The translations under genes and the position numbers were made by a program. A DNA stretch of 64,000 nucleotides from Dehalococcoidia bacterium (GTDB lineage: Bacteria; Chloroflexota; Dehalococcoidia; Lucifugimonadales; UBA3495): contig CBDCPD010000004.1 of the NCBI GenBank assembly GCA_965220095.1, positions 36,582 through 100,581 of the forward strand, given 5' to 3'. Positions 1 to 8,930 of the stretch are shown one piece after another. The notes beneath the pieces were generated by a model. That model worked only from the letters and a program-made list of their open reading frames with translations, was not told the origin of the DNA and made no database searches. Every line of letters begins with the position of its first letter. Position 1 is the stretch's first letter.

Positions 1-11
1 TTATCGTTACT

Positions 12-1421
12 ATGGAAAACCTGAGTGATATCCTGCGCCGTACCGTCTCGAACCGGCCCAGTCGCCCGGTCGATGACACGGCTCATGATCAGCCAACTCG
101 TTCTGATGTCGGGAAGTGCCGGATCTGCAATGGCGTGGGATGGCTGACGACCAACGTTCCCGTCACCGACCCTGATTTCGGGCAGGTTTATCCGTGTGAA
201 TGTCAGAAGTCCGATCTCAACGGTGCGCGGCGTAGCCGAGCCCTGGAGCGTTACAGCCGGCTGGGAATTCTCCGAGCGTCTACTTTTGCTGCTGTGAACC
301 CCGATGGTCCCGCGGATGACATTGTCAGTACCCGTGCCTTCGTCGCGGTTCTGGATGCGGCAGTACGCTACGCTGAGGATCCGGTCGGTTGGTTTACCAT
401 CATTGGCCCCAGCGGCGCTGGCAAGACCTATCTGGCCGCTGCGATCGTCAACCGGCAAATCGACCTGGGCAACCCTGCCCTGCTGGTCACTGCTGCTGAC
501 CTGTTGGATTACCTCAGGACCGGCTTTGACAACGACTACGAAGAATCCAGCTTCGCCGATCTGTTCGAACAAGTCCGGAATGCTTCGTTCCTGGCGTTGG
601 ATGACTTGCCGGTTAGTCCCACGACGTCGTGGGGTCAGGACCGGTTGTTACAGCTGCTGGCGCACCGCCATTCGGTGCGCTTGCCAACCGTGATCACCGT
701 GCGGGGTTCCCTTGACCAGGCGGATGATTTCCTCAGAACCCGCCTCGATACTGCCGACGGCTTCTCCAAGGTGTACAGCTTGGGCCGCCCGGTAAATGTC
801 GCCATGCGCAAACTGGGAGAGATATCCGCGGCTATGGCGGACCGCATGACGTTCGATTCTTTCCGGACCGACGGTGGCGGCATATTCACTCCCGAGGAGG
901 CCGCCGCTTTTGCCGTTGCCCACGCCTACGTCAAACGTTGGGCCCATGCCGAACGTCCGAATGGATGGCTGATGCTCATGGGGCCCTATGGAGTGGGCAA
1001 GACCCACCTGGCCGTGGCGGCTGCCGTGGTGCGCCGGGATCTGGGCGATGATGTGTACTTTTCCACCATCGCCAATCTGCTGGACCACCTACGGGCTGCT
1101 TATAGTCCTGATAGCGCCGTCGCTCACGCTGACCTGCTGATGCGGATCAGCAGTGCCCAGTTGCTGGTGCTGGATGACCTGGGAGCGGAGCGCAGCACAC
1201 CCTTCGCCGAGGATAAGCTCCTCCAGATCGTCAATCACCGCTATGAGGAGCGTCTGCCCACCATCATCACCACGTCGGACCGGTTGTCCGACATTGATGC
1301 GGCCCGCCCGCGTATCGCGTCGCGCCTCCTGGACAGGATGGTGGTTACCGTTCTGCAACTGCAGGGGCCAGACTATCGTAGACACAGCGTTCCCGGGGGA
1401 GAAAGCGCTCAGTGTCCATAG
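12..1421 (+). CDS. Tandemly duplicated DnaC/IstB-like AAA+ ATPase with N-terminal Cys-rich zinc-ribbon
   Basis: 469-aa ORF. It has a CRICNGVGW...YPCEC motif near the N-terminus. There are two Walker A loops (GPSGAGKTYLA, GPYGVGKTHLA), each followed by a hhhDD Walker B (FLALDDL, LLVLDDLG). Confidence 0.7.
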   Translation: MENLSDILRRTVSNRPSRPVDDTAHDQPTRSDVGKCRICNGVGWLTTNVPVTDPDFGQVYPCECQKSDLNGARRSRALERYSRLGILRASTFAAVNPDGPADDIVSTRAFVAVLDAAVRYAEDPVGWFTIIGPSGAGKTYLAAAIVNRQIDLGNPALLVTAADLLDYLRTGFDNDYEESSFADLFEQVRNASFLALDDLPVSPTTSWGQDRLLQLLAHRHSVRLPTVITVRGSLDQADDFLRTRLDTADGFSKVYSLGRPVNVAMRKLGEISAAMADRMTFDSFRTDGGGIFTPEEAAAFAVAHAYVKRWAHAERPNGWLMLMGPYGVGKTHLAVAAAVVRRDLGDDVYFSTIANLLDHLRAAYSPDSAVAHADLLMRISSAQLLVLDDLGAERSTPFAEDKLLQIVNHRYEERLPTIITTSDRLSDIDAARPRIASRLLDRMVVTVLQLQGPDYRRHSVPGGESAQCP

Positions 1422-1760
1422 ACCTCAGCCAGACAATGACGTTGCGGACGTGCTGCCCCATCCGGTATTGCGCAGACCGGGAGTCAATCGGCATGAGCGC
1501 CTTTGCGGCGGGATCGATGCGGACGAGCAGTTGGCGAGATGGACTTCGCCTGACGGTACCGGGGGGATTTAATGACGCTATCGGGTAGAATTAGAGGCAA
1601 CCTGGCGCTCAGATACTCGTTTGAGCGCGGTGGCCAGCCGGTCGAGGCGCTGGAGCATGCCTGACACGGCCTCTGTGCAGGGCAATGCATCTATGGTCAG
1701 GCTAACGATGGTCCATCAACGCGGGGTTGTCCGGAGTGCGCGCCGAGTGGAGGTACGCAG

Positions 1761-2462
1761 TTGGCGAAGGCAGTAAGCAGTCTGCGCCCCCACATCGTGC
1801 AGGTGATGGCGGCCCGACAGGGGCGTATTCTGAGCACGGAAGAGATTTATGAGATGGTCGCTGCCTCGGGAGTGGCTGATTTTAACCCGAGGGCGAAGCG
1901 GGACCGGAACCTGGTCAATCGGGAACTCTCGGATCTGGCTGGCTATACCACGCAGGGCCACAGCCGTCCGTCTCCCCAGCTGATCATCAGGGTCAGCCGC
2001 GGCCGCTATCTGTACCGCGAGCCCGACCGGCCGATGGACGTGGCGCTGCTGCAGGAGTACCTGGAGCCGGTGGAGGTGTACGAGAAGCGCCCGGCCCGCC
2101 GGCGGGGTGACGGTAATCAGCGCCAGAACGTGCCGGAATCGGTGCGGATGGCGCTGTACTCGGTGCAGCGGGGCGTGTGCCCCGGCTGCGGCTTCCACCA
2201 GCCGCATCATCTCAGGTTCGAGGTCGACCACATCGTGGCCTTGAGCGACGACGGAGAGCACGAGGCCCGCAACCTGCAGCTGCTGTGCCCGTGCTGCAAC
2301 CGGGTGAAGGGAACGCAGGGGAGCCAAGGTTTCCGCATGAAGATGGCAGAGCTGCGGGCCCACAACGTGGGGACAGGTGTGATGGTGGACGAGCGGGAGG
2401 CGGATCTGACCGGCCGGAGGCTGGCGCAGTACCACCAGGAGAATGGGGATGCGGCGTCCTGA
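1761..2462 (+). CDS. HNH endonuclease with N-terminal winged-helix (Mrr_N-like) domain
   Basis: HNH motif CPGCG...FEVDHIVALSDDGEHEARNLQLLCPCCNRVKG. The ORF opens with TTG; an ATG at about 1806 is an alternative start. Confidence 0.75.
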   Translation: MAKAVSSLRPHIVQVMAARQGRILSTEEIYEMVAASGVADFNPRAKRDRNLVNRELSDLAGYTTQGHSRPSPQLIIRVSRGRYLYREPDRPMDVALLQEYLEPVEVYEKRPARRRGDGNQRQNVPESVRMALYSVQRGVCPGCGFHQPHHLRFEVDHIVALSDDGEHEARNLQLLCPCCNRVKGTQGSQGFRMKMAELRAHNVGTGVMVDEREADLTGRRLAQYHQENGDAAS

Positions 2463-2597
2463 TGGCGGAGGGCGCTGCCGAGTAACGGGACGGGGACGTG
2501 AGGACAAGGTACGTGTTTTGGTGTCCCGTTTCAGTGGTTTAGTCTACTGATCGGGAACCAACGGCGGCAGCAACCCAGCGTCGTTGGGTGTTACGTA

Positions 2598-2897
2598 CTA
2601 CTGTCGCCAGTGGTCTGAGACGGCGTCGCCGGAGCGATACGGGGTGTCATAATCGCGCAGTCCCTCGTTCCAGACGCGGCGAACGATCTCGGCGGGCATA
2701 TCCCGTACCTCACGCTGCAGTGGAAAGCCCACGCCGGGGGTGCCGGAGAAGGTGAGTTTCACCAGGTCGGTCTCATCGGTGGTGATCTCCACGCGCAGGC
2801 TCGCGTCGGCCCTGAGTTCCTCGATCAGGTTGACCAGCTGGTCCAGGGCGTCGGCCAGCGCCAGCTCGGTTACGATGGGTTTTAGTTGTTCCACCAT
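2598..2897 (-). CDS. Hypothetical protein (about 99 aa)
   Basis: The internal Met (MVEQLKPIV...) of the 2598..3140 ORF gives a compact acidic protein. No motif recognised. Confidence 0.3.
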   Translation of the reverse strand: MVEQLKPIVTELALADALDQLVNLIEELRADASLRVEITTDETDLVKLTFSGTPGVGFPLQREVRDMPAEIVRRVWNEGLRDYDTPYRSGDAVSDHWRQ

Positions 2898-3039
2898 CGG
2901 CTGCTCCACGGCGGAAGGTCTACGGTGGGGTCGCCCATCCGGTCCACGGGCGACAACCGGCCCGCCGGGGCAATTGTCGCACAACGGGACGCCCGTTCCA
3001 ACGGCGGGGATTTCACCGTGGTCACCGCGAAGAAGTCGC

Positions 3040-3543
3040 TCAGGCAGGGGGCAGCGGGATGGGCCCTGAGGGCTGGTGTCCGGTGTGCCCGGCAGCGGGC
3101 AGCAGAGGCGGCATCTGGCCGGTGCGATAGGCTCGGTCAATCTGGGGGAGCATCCACTCGCCGGCGGTGGTGTTGTCGGGCAGCACGATGTTGGCCAGGA
3201 ACTCGGTCTCGATGGTTGAGATGCCGGCGGTTACGGCCTCCAGCTTGGCCTTGATGACCAGCAACAGTGCCCGCCACCTCTGACGGCAGGCCTGGTCATG
3301 GGCTTCCTGCTGGGCTCGGGCGCTGCGCTCCCGGGGCGGATTGTGGTTGGTGTAGCGGAAGTCCTGGGGATCGGGCAGTTCCAGGACGAAGCGAATGCGG
3401 CGGTTCTCCATGGCGAAGATGACGGTGGCCAGATTGCCCTGGGTGGCATAGGCGAAGCCGTCAGCTCCGTACCTCTCGAGGGTTTCCTCGATCTCATTGC
3501 GCGTGCGTATGGCGCTGACGGTGGTGTTGCGGGCGTAGGTCAT
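3040..3543 (-). CDS. Hypothetical protein, prophage-like context
   Basis: The Met42 start (MTYARNTTVS...) of the 3040..3666 ORF gives protein-like composition. No motif recognised. Confidence 0.4.
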   Translation of the reverse strand: MTYARNTTVSAIRTRNEIEETLERYGADGFAYATQGNLATVIFAMENRRIRFVLELPDPQDFRYTNHNPPRERSARAQQEAHDQACRQRWRALLLVIKAKLEAVTAGISTIETEFLANIVLPDNTTAGEWMLPQIDRAYRTGQMPPLLPAAGHTGHQPSGPIPLPPA

Positions 3544-3815
3544 GGCGTTCACCTGGGGGAGGAGAAGACGCTGTCGTGCTGGGTGGACATCTGGGTGGAC
3601 ATATTGTAGCGGGTGGAGTACAGCATTGTGGCGCCCCGGAGGTACTGTCCCGGAGGTAGCTGTCAATGAATGCAGAGGGACGGTAGCCCGAGCGGTGCGA
3701 CGCGTATCTCCAGTCCTCCCTGCGGTCCTTCCGTCTCACGGAAAAGCCATCGTCCCGGACCAGCACACGTGTGGAGTATGATTTGGTCCAGTCCCGCTGT
3801 GCAGGAGGTTTCACC

Positions 3816-4949
3816 ATGAGATTCGCGGCATTCACGACCGTGGCGGCGTCGGCGGGAGGGGCCACCAACGCCGCCGAGATGCTGGATAATATCAGGCAGC
3901 AGACCGTGTTGGCCGAGGAACTGGGCTTCGAGGCCATGTGGTTGGGCGAGCATCACTTCGGCCCCTACGGGATCGGCGATCTTCCCAATCCGATACTGCT
4001 GGGCGCGGACCTGGCGGCGCGGACGTCCCGGATCCGCATCGGACAGATGGCCAACATAGCTCCCTGGTGGCATCCGATCAGGCTGGCCGAGGACCTGGCG
4101 ATCCTGGACAACCTGACCGAGGGTCGGATTGAGGTCGGCTTTGGCCGGGGGATCTGGCCCTACGAGGGTCCCCAGTTCCACGCCAACGCCGACCCACGCA
4201 AGGACGCGGAGAACCGGGAACTGTTCCGGGAGACCATCGAGGTCGTGCGGAAGATATGGTCCGATGAGTACTTCTCCCACCAGGGAGAAAACTACAGTTT
4301 CCCCGCCGACAACACCGTTTTCTCCCACCCATCATATCCGCCTGATCCGTCCTGGCAGGATGGAGAGCGGGTGACCCGGCTGCGTGTAACGCCGCGGCCC
4401 TACCAGAAGCCCCACCCTCCCCTGTGGATGACGGTATCGACCGATCGGTCGGTGGCCACTGCCGCCGAATTGGGACTGAAAGCCTGCTACTGGCAGCCCC
4501 CGCCGCTGCGGATCCGGCAGCGGATGGAACTCTATGCCGAGACGCGGTCGAAACTGGAAGGTCGACCGTTCAGCCTGGGAGAGGATCAGGCGGTGATGCG
4601 CTCGACCTACGTGGCGTCCTCCATGGAGGACGCCAGGCGGGAGGCCGAGGCTGGGATCATGTCGGCGTTCATATTCAACGACCCGTTCCGAGGGCGGCAG
4701 GTGTTCACCAACCCGGGCGAGGAGCTGAACGACGACGTCAGGCTGGACTGGGATTTCCTGGAGCCGCGTACCCTGTTGGTGGGTTCGCCAGACCATGTGG
4801 TGGAGAAGATTCAGGAGTTGCGGGAGGTGTGCAGCCTGGACTGCTTGCTGGTTGAGTTTGCCCACAGGGGCGTCCCTCAACGGAAGATTCTCCGGAACCT
4901 GGAGAATTTCGCCACCCGGGTCATGCCGCGCTTCACTGGTGGCGGCTGA
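3816..4949 (+). CDS. LLM-class (luciferase-like) flavin-dependent oxidoreductase
   Basis: MRFAAFTT... start is preceded by GGAGGT. Family hallmarks: LGFEAMWLGEHHF, RIEVGFGRG. Confidence 0.8.
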   Translation: MRFAAFTTVAASAGGATNAAEMLDNIRQQTVLAEELGFEAMWLGEHHFGPYGIGDLPNPILLGADLAARTSRIRIGQMANIAPWWHPIRLAEDLAILDNLTEGRIEVGFGRGIWPYEGPQFHANADPRKDAENRELFRETIEVVRKIWSDEYFSHQGENYSFPADNTVFSHPSYPPDPSWQDGERVTRLRVTPRPYQKPHPPLWMTVSTDRSVATAAELGLKACYWQPPPLRIRQRMELYAETRSKLEGRPFSLGEDQAVMRSTYVASSMEDARREAEAGIMSAFIFNDPFRGRQVFTNPGEELNDDVRLDWDFLEPRTLLVGSPDHVVEKIQELREVCSLDCLLVEFAHRGVPQRKILRNLENFATRVMPRFTGGG

Positions 4950-4969
4950 AAGCCGCGCACCAAACCCAA

Positions 4970-5174
4970 TCAGGTATTCGGCTGGCACGTAGCGCTGCTG
5001 AGCCAGTCCATCCAGAATGCGCAGCATTCGCCGCTGGGTGAAGTCGGGCCGGCCGGAGGCGGCCGCCACCAGGTCAACCAGCTGCGCCAAACCCTGACGG
5101 TAAGTTTCGGCGCACTGGCGATGACTGCGGCGGAACCAACCGGCGCGGTGTCCACAATATCGGCAATGGCCCAT
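4970..5174 (-). pseudogene. N-terminal fragment of a zinc-ribbon protein (MGHCRYCGHRAGWFRRSHRQC...)
   Basis: Protein-like for only about 70 codons. The frame then runs antisense through the LLM gene without a stop, so the lower boundary is approximate. Confidence 0.25.
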
Positions 5175-5227
5175 CGCGGTCTCCCGGGTGAAACTGAGGC
5201 CAATGATAGGGCATTGCGGAGGCAGAG

Positions 5228-5341
5228 GTAACTGTTCAGACTTGAGGGGACCTCCAGCCTTTCCGACTGGTTGTAGACGGATGGCCAAGCACAGAATCTG
5301 CTTTGCAAACCGATCTCGTCCCCTCAAACGTGAACACTTAC
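5228..5341. repeat. MITE-like 114-bp palindromic repeat, copy A
   Basis: Terminal inverted repeats gtaactgttcagacttgagggga / tcccctcaaacgtgaacacttac. A second copy lies at 26777..26889. Confidence 0.6.
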
Positions 5342-5395
5342 CGGCAGAGACCCGTGGTTGACAGTTATTGCCGAATGGTATAGTATGTATTGCGA

Positions 5396-5656
5396 ACGCT
5401 GGGGTGGCCGGGACACTCCACCCGTTACGAACTGAAGGGCAATGGGCCCGTCAGCACCGGAGGTGGGAAGTGGTTTCGCTGATCACGCTGAACCATAGAT
5501 GGCAAGGTGACACGGTCGGCCCGGTGGGTGGCGCTGCCGCGGCCTGATTCGCTCCCCGCAATCAGAGCCGCCCTGAGAACAGGCAGAGTTGCCGACCGGG
5601 CCATCAACCGGCATTCGGGGTTCCCGCCAGGGAATGGCCGAGCCGATACCGAACGT
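5396..5656 (+). ncRNA. Candidate stand-alone structured RNA of unknown class (boundaries approximate)
   Basis: About 260 nt with no convincing ORF and several local hairpins (for example ctgattcgctccccgcaatcag). It ends at a strong intrinsic terminator on the same strand. Confidence 0.25.
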
Positions 5657-5698
5657 GAGCCAGGGGCCGACCCTCCATCGGCGCCTGGCTCTTTTTAT
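5657..5698 (+). terminator. Rho-independent terminator
   Basis: The 14-nt arms gagccaggggccga / tcggcgcctggctc carry one mismatch. The loop is ccctcca and it is followed by TTTTTAT. Confidence 0.6.
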
Positions 5699-5815
5699 GA
5701 GTGATCTTCCTGGCATTCGGGGGTAGCTGCCGCCGGCATCACGGCCGCCGGTGAGACTGACCGCTGGAGTTGAAACCTGACCACTGTAGGGGGCCGGCCT
5801 GACGGGAAGATGGGC

Positions 5816-7042
5816 TCAGACCCAGGGCCTACGCTTGGATGTGGCCTTGGCGGACTCCGGAGTGGGCAGGCCGCGCTGTTCCAGGAGCATGAGGGTCAGG
5901 CGGCGGAACTCCTCCCGGTCGTGGCCGGAGATGACGGCCTGCTCGTGGGCCTCGGAGATGGCCACCGGATAGCCCAGACCCAGTTCGCACTGTTTGACCA
6001 GCATGGCGTGGCTGAGGGCCAAAAGCTCCGGGTCGTCGGCCAGCCAGTCGGGGACCTCGACGCGGGCGATCTCGGCGCCGCCGTTGAGATAGTAGAAGTG
6101 GCTCCACTCCTGGCCGGTGGCCAATCCCAGGGCGAAGCGCGCCGCCAGGTGGCTGGACCGGTACAGGGGCGAACGGTGGCCCGGTTCCAGCACCAGCTCG
6201 AACAACTCACGGTCGTCGAAGCCGGCGGCGGCGTCGCAGGACGCCAGGTCGGAATGGCGGGCGGTGCAGAGACGGTTGCAGTCGGCATCGGCCTGCTCGC
6301 AGAGCATGAGGCGGAGGGCGCCGGCGACCTCGGTGGTGCGGGGCCGTGAGGTGTAGGCGGCCACGGCCACCGGACGCCGGTTGGTGGACGCAGCCCGCAG
6401 GCGGGCCAGGGCGGGCTGCAGGCGTTCTGCGATGAGTACGTCGGCGACGTAGCGGGGATAGTTGCCCCGCTGCAGGTCCCAGAAGGCCAGGGTGCCGTCC
6501 AGCAGGGCCAGGACCAGCCTGTCATCGGGCAGGTTCTCCACGGCGTCGGCCAGGCGCTCCACCTCCCGCACCGTGCGCAGCGCGCCCAGCAGGGGGCCGG
6601 CGATCAGGGTCTCGCCGCGCGCGTCGTCGGGAGAACGGAGGTACAGGTCGGCGTCGTCCACGGCCAGGGTGGGTTCGTTGAACAGTTGGCAGCCATGGTT
6701 CTGACCGTAGGTGATGGCGCAGCCGCCCAGGTTGATGAGGTGGCAGCGCAGGGGCAGGTGGCGGTCCACGTCGATGTGGGAGCCGTCCACGGACAGCGCG
6801 GTCCAGTCCTGGGGAACCTGGGGCGGCGGCCGGCTGCCCAGCAGGCCCTCGGGGCCAGTGCGGGCGGAGATGTAGGGACGGCGTCCCACCGCGGCGGTGC
6901 GGAAGGCCGCCTCGCCGGCGGGCACGGCGAGCGCCCGGTCGATGGCGTCGTCCAGGCGCCGGCTGCGGCTCTGGATGTTCGGGGCCAGGCCGTCCAGTGC
7001 GGACAGCAGCTGATATGTGGTGAGACCCAGGTCAAGCGCCAT
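5816..7042 (-). CDS. NurA-domain 5'-3' nuclease
   Basis: NurA-like motifs LSVDGSHIDVD, AAYTSRPRTTEV and GYPVAISEAHEQAVI. No HerA-like ATPase is adjacent. Confidence 0.6.
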   Translation of the reverse strand: MALDLGLTTYQLLSALDGLAPNIQSRSRRLDDAIDRALAVPAGEAAFRTAAVGRRPYISARTGPEGLLGSRPPPQVPQDWTALSVDGSHIDVDRHLPLRCHLINLGGCAITYGQNHGCQLFNEPTLAVDDADLYLRSPDDARGETLIAGPLLGALRTVREVERLADAVENLPDDRLVLALLDGTLAFWDLQRGNYPRYVADVLIAERLQPALARLRAASTNRRPVAVAAYTSRPRTTEVAGALRLMLCEQADADCNRLCTARHSDLASCDAAAGFDDRELFELVLEPGHRSPLYRSSHLAARFALGLATGQEWSHFYYLNGGAEIARVEVPDWLADDPELLALSHAMLVKQCELGLGYPVAISEAHEQAVISGHDREEFRRLTLMLLEQRGLPTPESAKATSKRRPWV

Positions 7043-7064
7043 GATGCCGGGATGAGCGAGCCGG

Positions 7065-7232
7065 TCAGGGAAGGACGCCGATGCGGAACTTCCTGGTGCC
7101 GCAGTCCGCGCAGGTGGACCGGGTGGCGGCGCGGCCGTTCTTCATGGTGACGGCCTCGATGTCGCGGGATGCGGTCTTGGCCTTGCACTTGACACAGTAT
7201 ATCTCGACGGGTTCCGAGGGCGTGGCGGTCAT
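7065..7232 (-). CDS. Small zinc-ribbon protein, DUF5679-like (55 aa)
   Basis: Hand-translated: MTATPSEPVEIYCVKCKAKTASRDIEAVTMKNGRAATRSTCADCGTRKFRIGVLP. It is below the ORF-track length cutoff and lies immediately upstream of NurA on the same strand. Confidence 0.55.
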   Translation of the reverse strand: MTATPSEPVEIYCVKCKAKTASRDIEAVTMKNGRAATRSTCADCGTRKFRIGVLP

Positions 7233-7559
7233 CGGCGGCTCCTGGAGCGGGAATGGTTGTCTCCATTGTAACCCGCCGCCGCTCCGACGTGACCCGCAGC
7301 CGGCTGGCGACGGTTTGCTGACACTGGTCCTTTACGTCGGCAGGAGCAGGGCAAGTGGAATGGTCTCACCGCTGCCCGCCCGCGGTGGACTTACCAGGCA
7401 GGTTGCGCTGCTCGTTGCATACCATACGTTCATCATTGCTGGACAGCAGGTTCCGTGAAGGCCGCCTGTTGGAACCCCAGGGCGGTCATGGACCATGCGG
7501 ATGTGGCCGATAGATCATGGCGATCTACATTGTGATGTGATTGGATGAGGCAATCCACC

Positions 7560-7958
7560 TCACCAACGCTGCGCTCGTGTCCGCGCGTTTATCTCAGACC
7601 CAATTCGGGTCAGGTCCCTGATATGAGACATCACCTGTTCTCGCTCCTCTCTACTCAGGTACCGCCGGTACCGACGAAAAGTGTGCCCGAACTGGCGTGT
7701 TCCATCTTGAAGCCGCTCCAAACGCTGGGTCTGGTTGTCGTTGGGTGTGGCCGGTCCCAGCATCAGCATGGGGAATTCCTTCACACGCCCGCGTCGCACC
7801 GCGGCATCTCTTAGAATCCGGTAGATGGCTGCAAGGTGCCGAGCGATCTCGGCTCTCTCTTCCGGTGTACCCTTTGGAACGCGATCAGCTGCCGTGGTCG
7901 CCGCCTTCGCTAGCTGTCGCCCTATCGTCAGGAATGTGTACGCCCGGGATATCATCAT
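7560..7958 (-). CDS. Hypothetical protein (132 aa)
   Basis: An ORF with protein-like composition. No motif recognised. Confidence 0.3.
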   Translation of the reverse strand: MMISRAYTFLTIGRQLAKAATTAADRVPKGTPEERAEIARHLAAIYRILRDAAVRRGRVKEFPMLMLGPATPNDNQTQRLERLQDGTRQFGHTFRRYRRYLSREEREQVMSHIRDLTRIGSEINARTRAQRW

Positions 7959-8053
7959 CTCCCATCACCAGAAGCGCCGTCGGGTACGATGTTACCACCT
8001 GGCAGAAAATACCTGCCCCTTCCGGATCAAGCCCTCAGTCCGCAGGATAGGTC

Positions 8054-8221
8054 ATGATGATAATCAGAACGATCGCCGTAATCTCCATCGCAATCTTTCT
8101 GCTCGCGTGTTCCTCTGAATTACCGCCTCAGGTCTCTCCGGCAGCCGAGCCTTCGGCGGCTGGCTCTGCGCCGGAGCCGACCGAAACGCCTCAGATATCG
8201 TCGACCGCCACCCAAGGATAG
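8054..8221 (+). CDS. Possible small lipoprotein (55 aa)
   Basis: Hand-translated: MMIIRTIAVISIAIFLLACSSELPP..., which has a lipobox-like LLAC. It may be a truncated remnant. Confidence 0.2.
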   Translation: MMIIRTIAVISIAIFLLACSSELPPQVSPAAEPSAAGSAPEPTETPQISSTATQG

Positions 8222-8463
8222 ATACATGATCAGGAGGAGGGCCGGCGGCAACAACTGTGGAGGAGGCCCCGACCTCTAGTGTGGCGTCACCATGCGGGCG
8301 GGTGCGGCTGGCGCTGGGCCATGCCGGCCGCTCGCTGTGGCCGCTGAAACTCTCTCAGCCGGGGGAGATCGGCAGCACGGGCTGCGGCCTTCACCCGCCG
8401 GGGGATCTGCGCTTCCGACAGCCAGAACACATTCTCATCGCTGCCGGCGTCCACCGCACCGTC

Positions 8464-8616
8464 CTAATCATCATCGGGCCAGTCCGGCAGCGGGATGCGC
8501 GGCCATTCCATCCGTAGCGCCTCAGCGTTCGCCTCGCGGTAGACGGGATCGTGCAACAGGGCGAAGACGTGCACGATGGCCGGTTGGTAGTGGCTATGGA
8601 CAGTCAGGAAGCCCAT
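8464..8616 (-). pseudogene. Remnant resembling the C-terminal region of a type IIG / ISP-like DNA methyltransferase
   Basis: Hand-translated: MGFLTVHSHYQPAIVHVFALLHDPVYREANAEALRMEWPRIPLPDWPDDD-stop. The ...LHxPxYRExxxExLRxxxPRIPLP pattern is typical of that region, and no upstream catalytic part is present. Confidence 0.3.
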
Positions 8617-8671
8617 CCTCTGCTGCGCCACGGCCCGGCTTTGCTCACGGCTTGCTCTACTCGGCCGATTT

Positions 8672-8785
8672 ACGTAATGACCTTTGTGTGAATCAAATTA
8701 GGTATCAAAACGCCCGCCGAGTCAGTTATTGTAACCTGACGTAAACTGTGTTGTGTGAATCAAAATGAGTATCCATACGCCGTTA
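8672..8785 (+). repeat. Two tandem short fragments (period 67 bp) of the 5' motif of the TnpB-tail repeat family
   Basis: Compare acgtaatgacctttgtgtgaatcaaattaggtatcaaaacgcc and acgtaaactgtgttgtgtgaatcaaaatgagtatccatacgcc with acgtaa-N7-tgtgcgaaccac-N4-gggtatcaataagg in the longer copies. Confidence 0.45.
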
Positions 8786-8930
8786 GTCCGGCCGAGACGG
8801 GACAACCTCCTGCAAACTGTGACTGCGGGAACCGTCCGGCACGGCGGTTCTCAAGCCTCCCTCTCAGAACCATTTGCGCTCCGCCTGTAGGCTTTGATTA
8901 ACTGCCTGCAATCGTTTGATTGTGGCCTTA

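Noticed and set aside
5396-5656. Attempted assignment of this non-coding region as a TPP or cobalamin riboswitch, SRP RNA, tmRNA or RNase P RNA.
   Set aside because: Only isolated motif fragments are present (CUGAGA, AGGGA, GUCAG..CCGGAGG, GGUGGGAAG). The diagnostic elements of each class are absent or mis-spaced, and no regulated gene lies downstream. It is kept only as an unclassified candidate.
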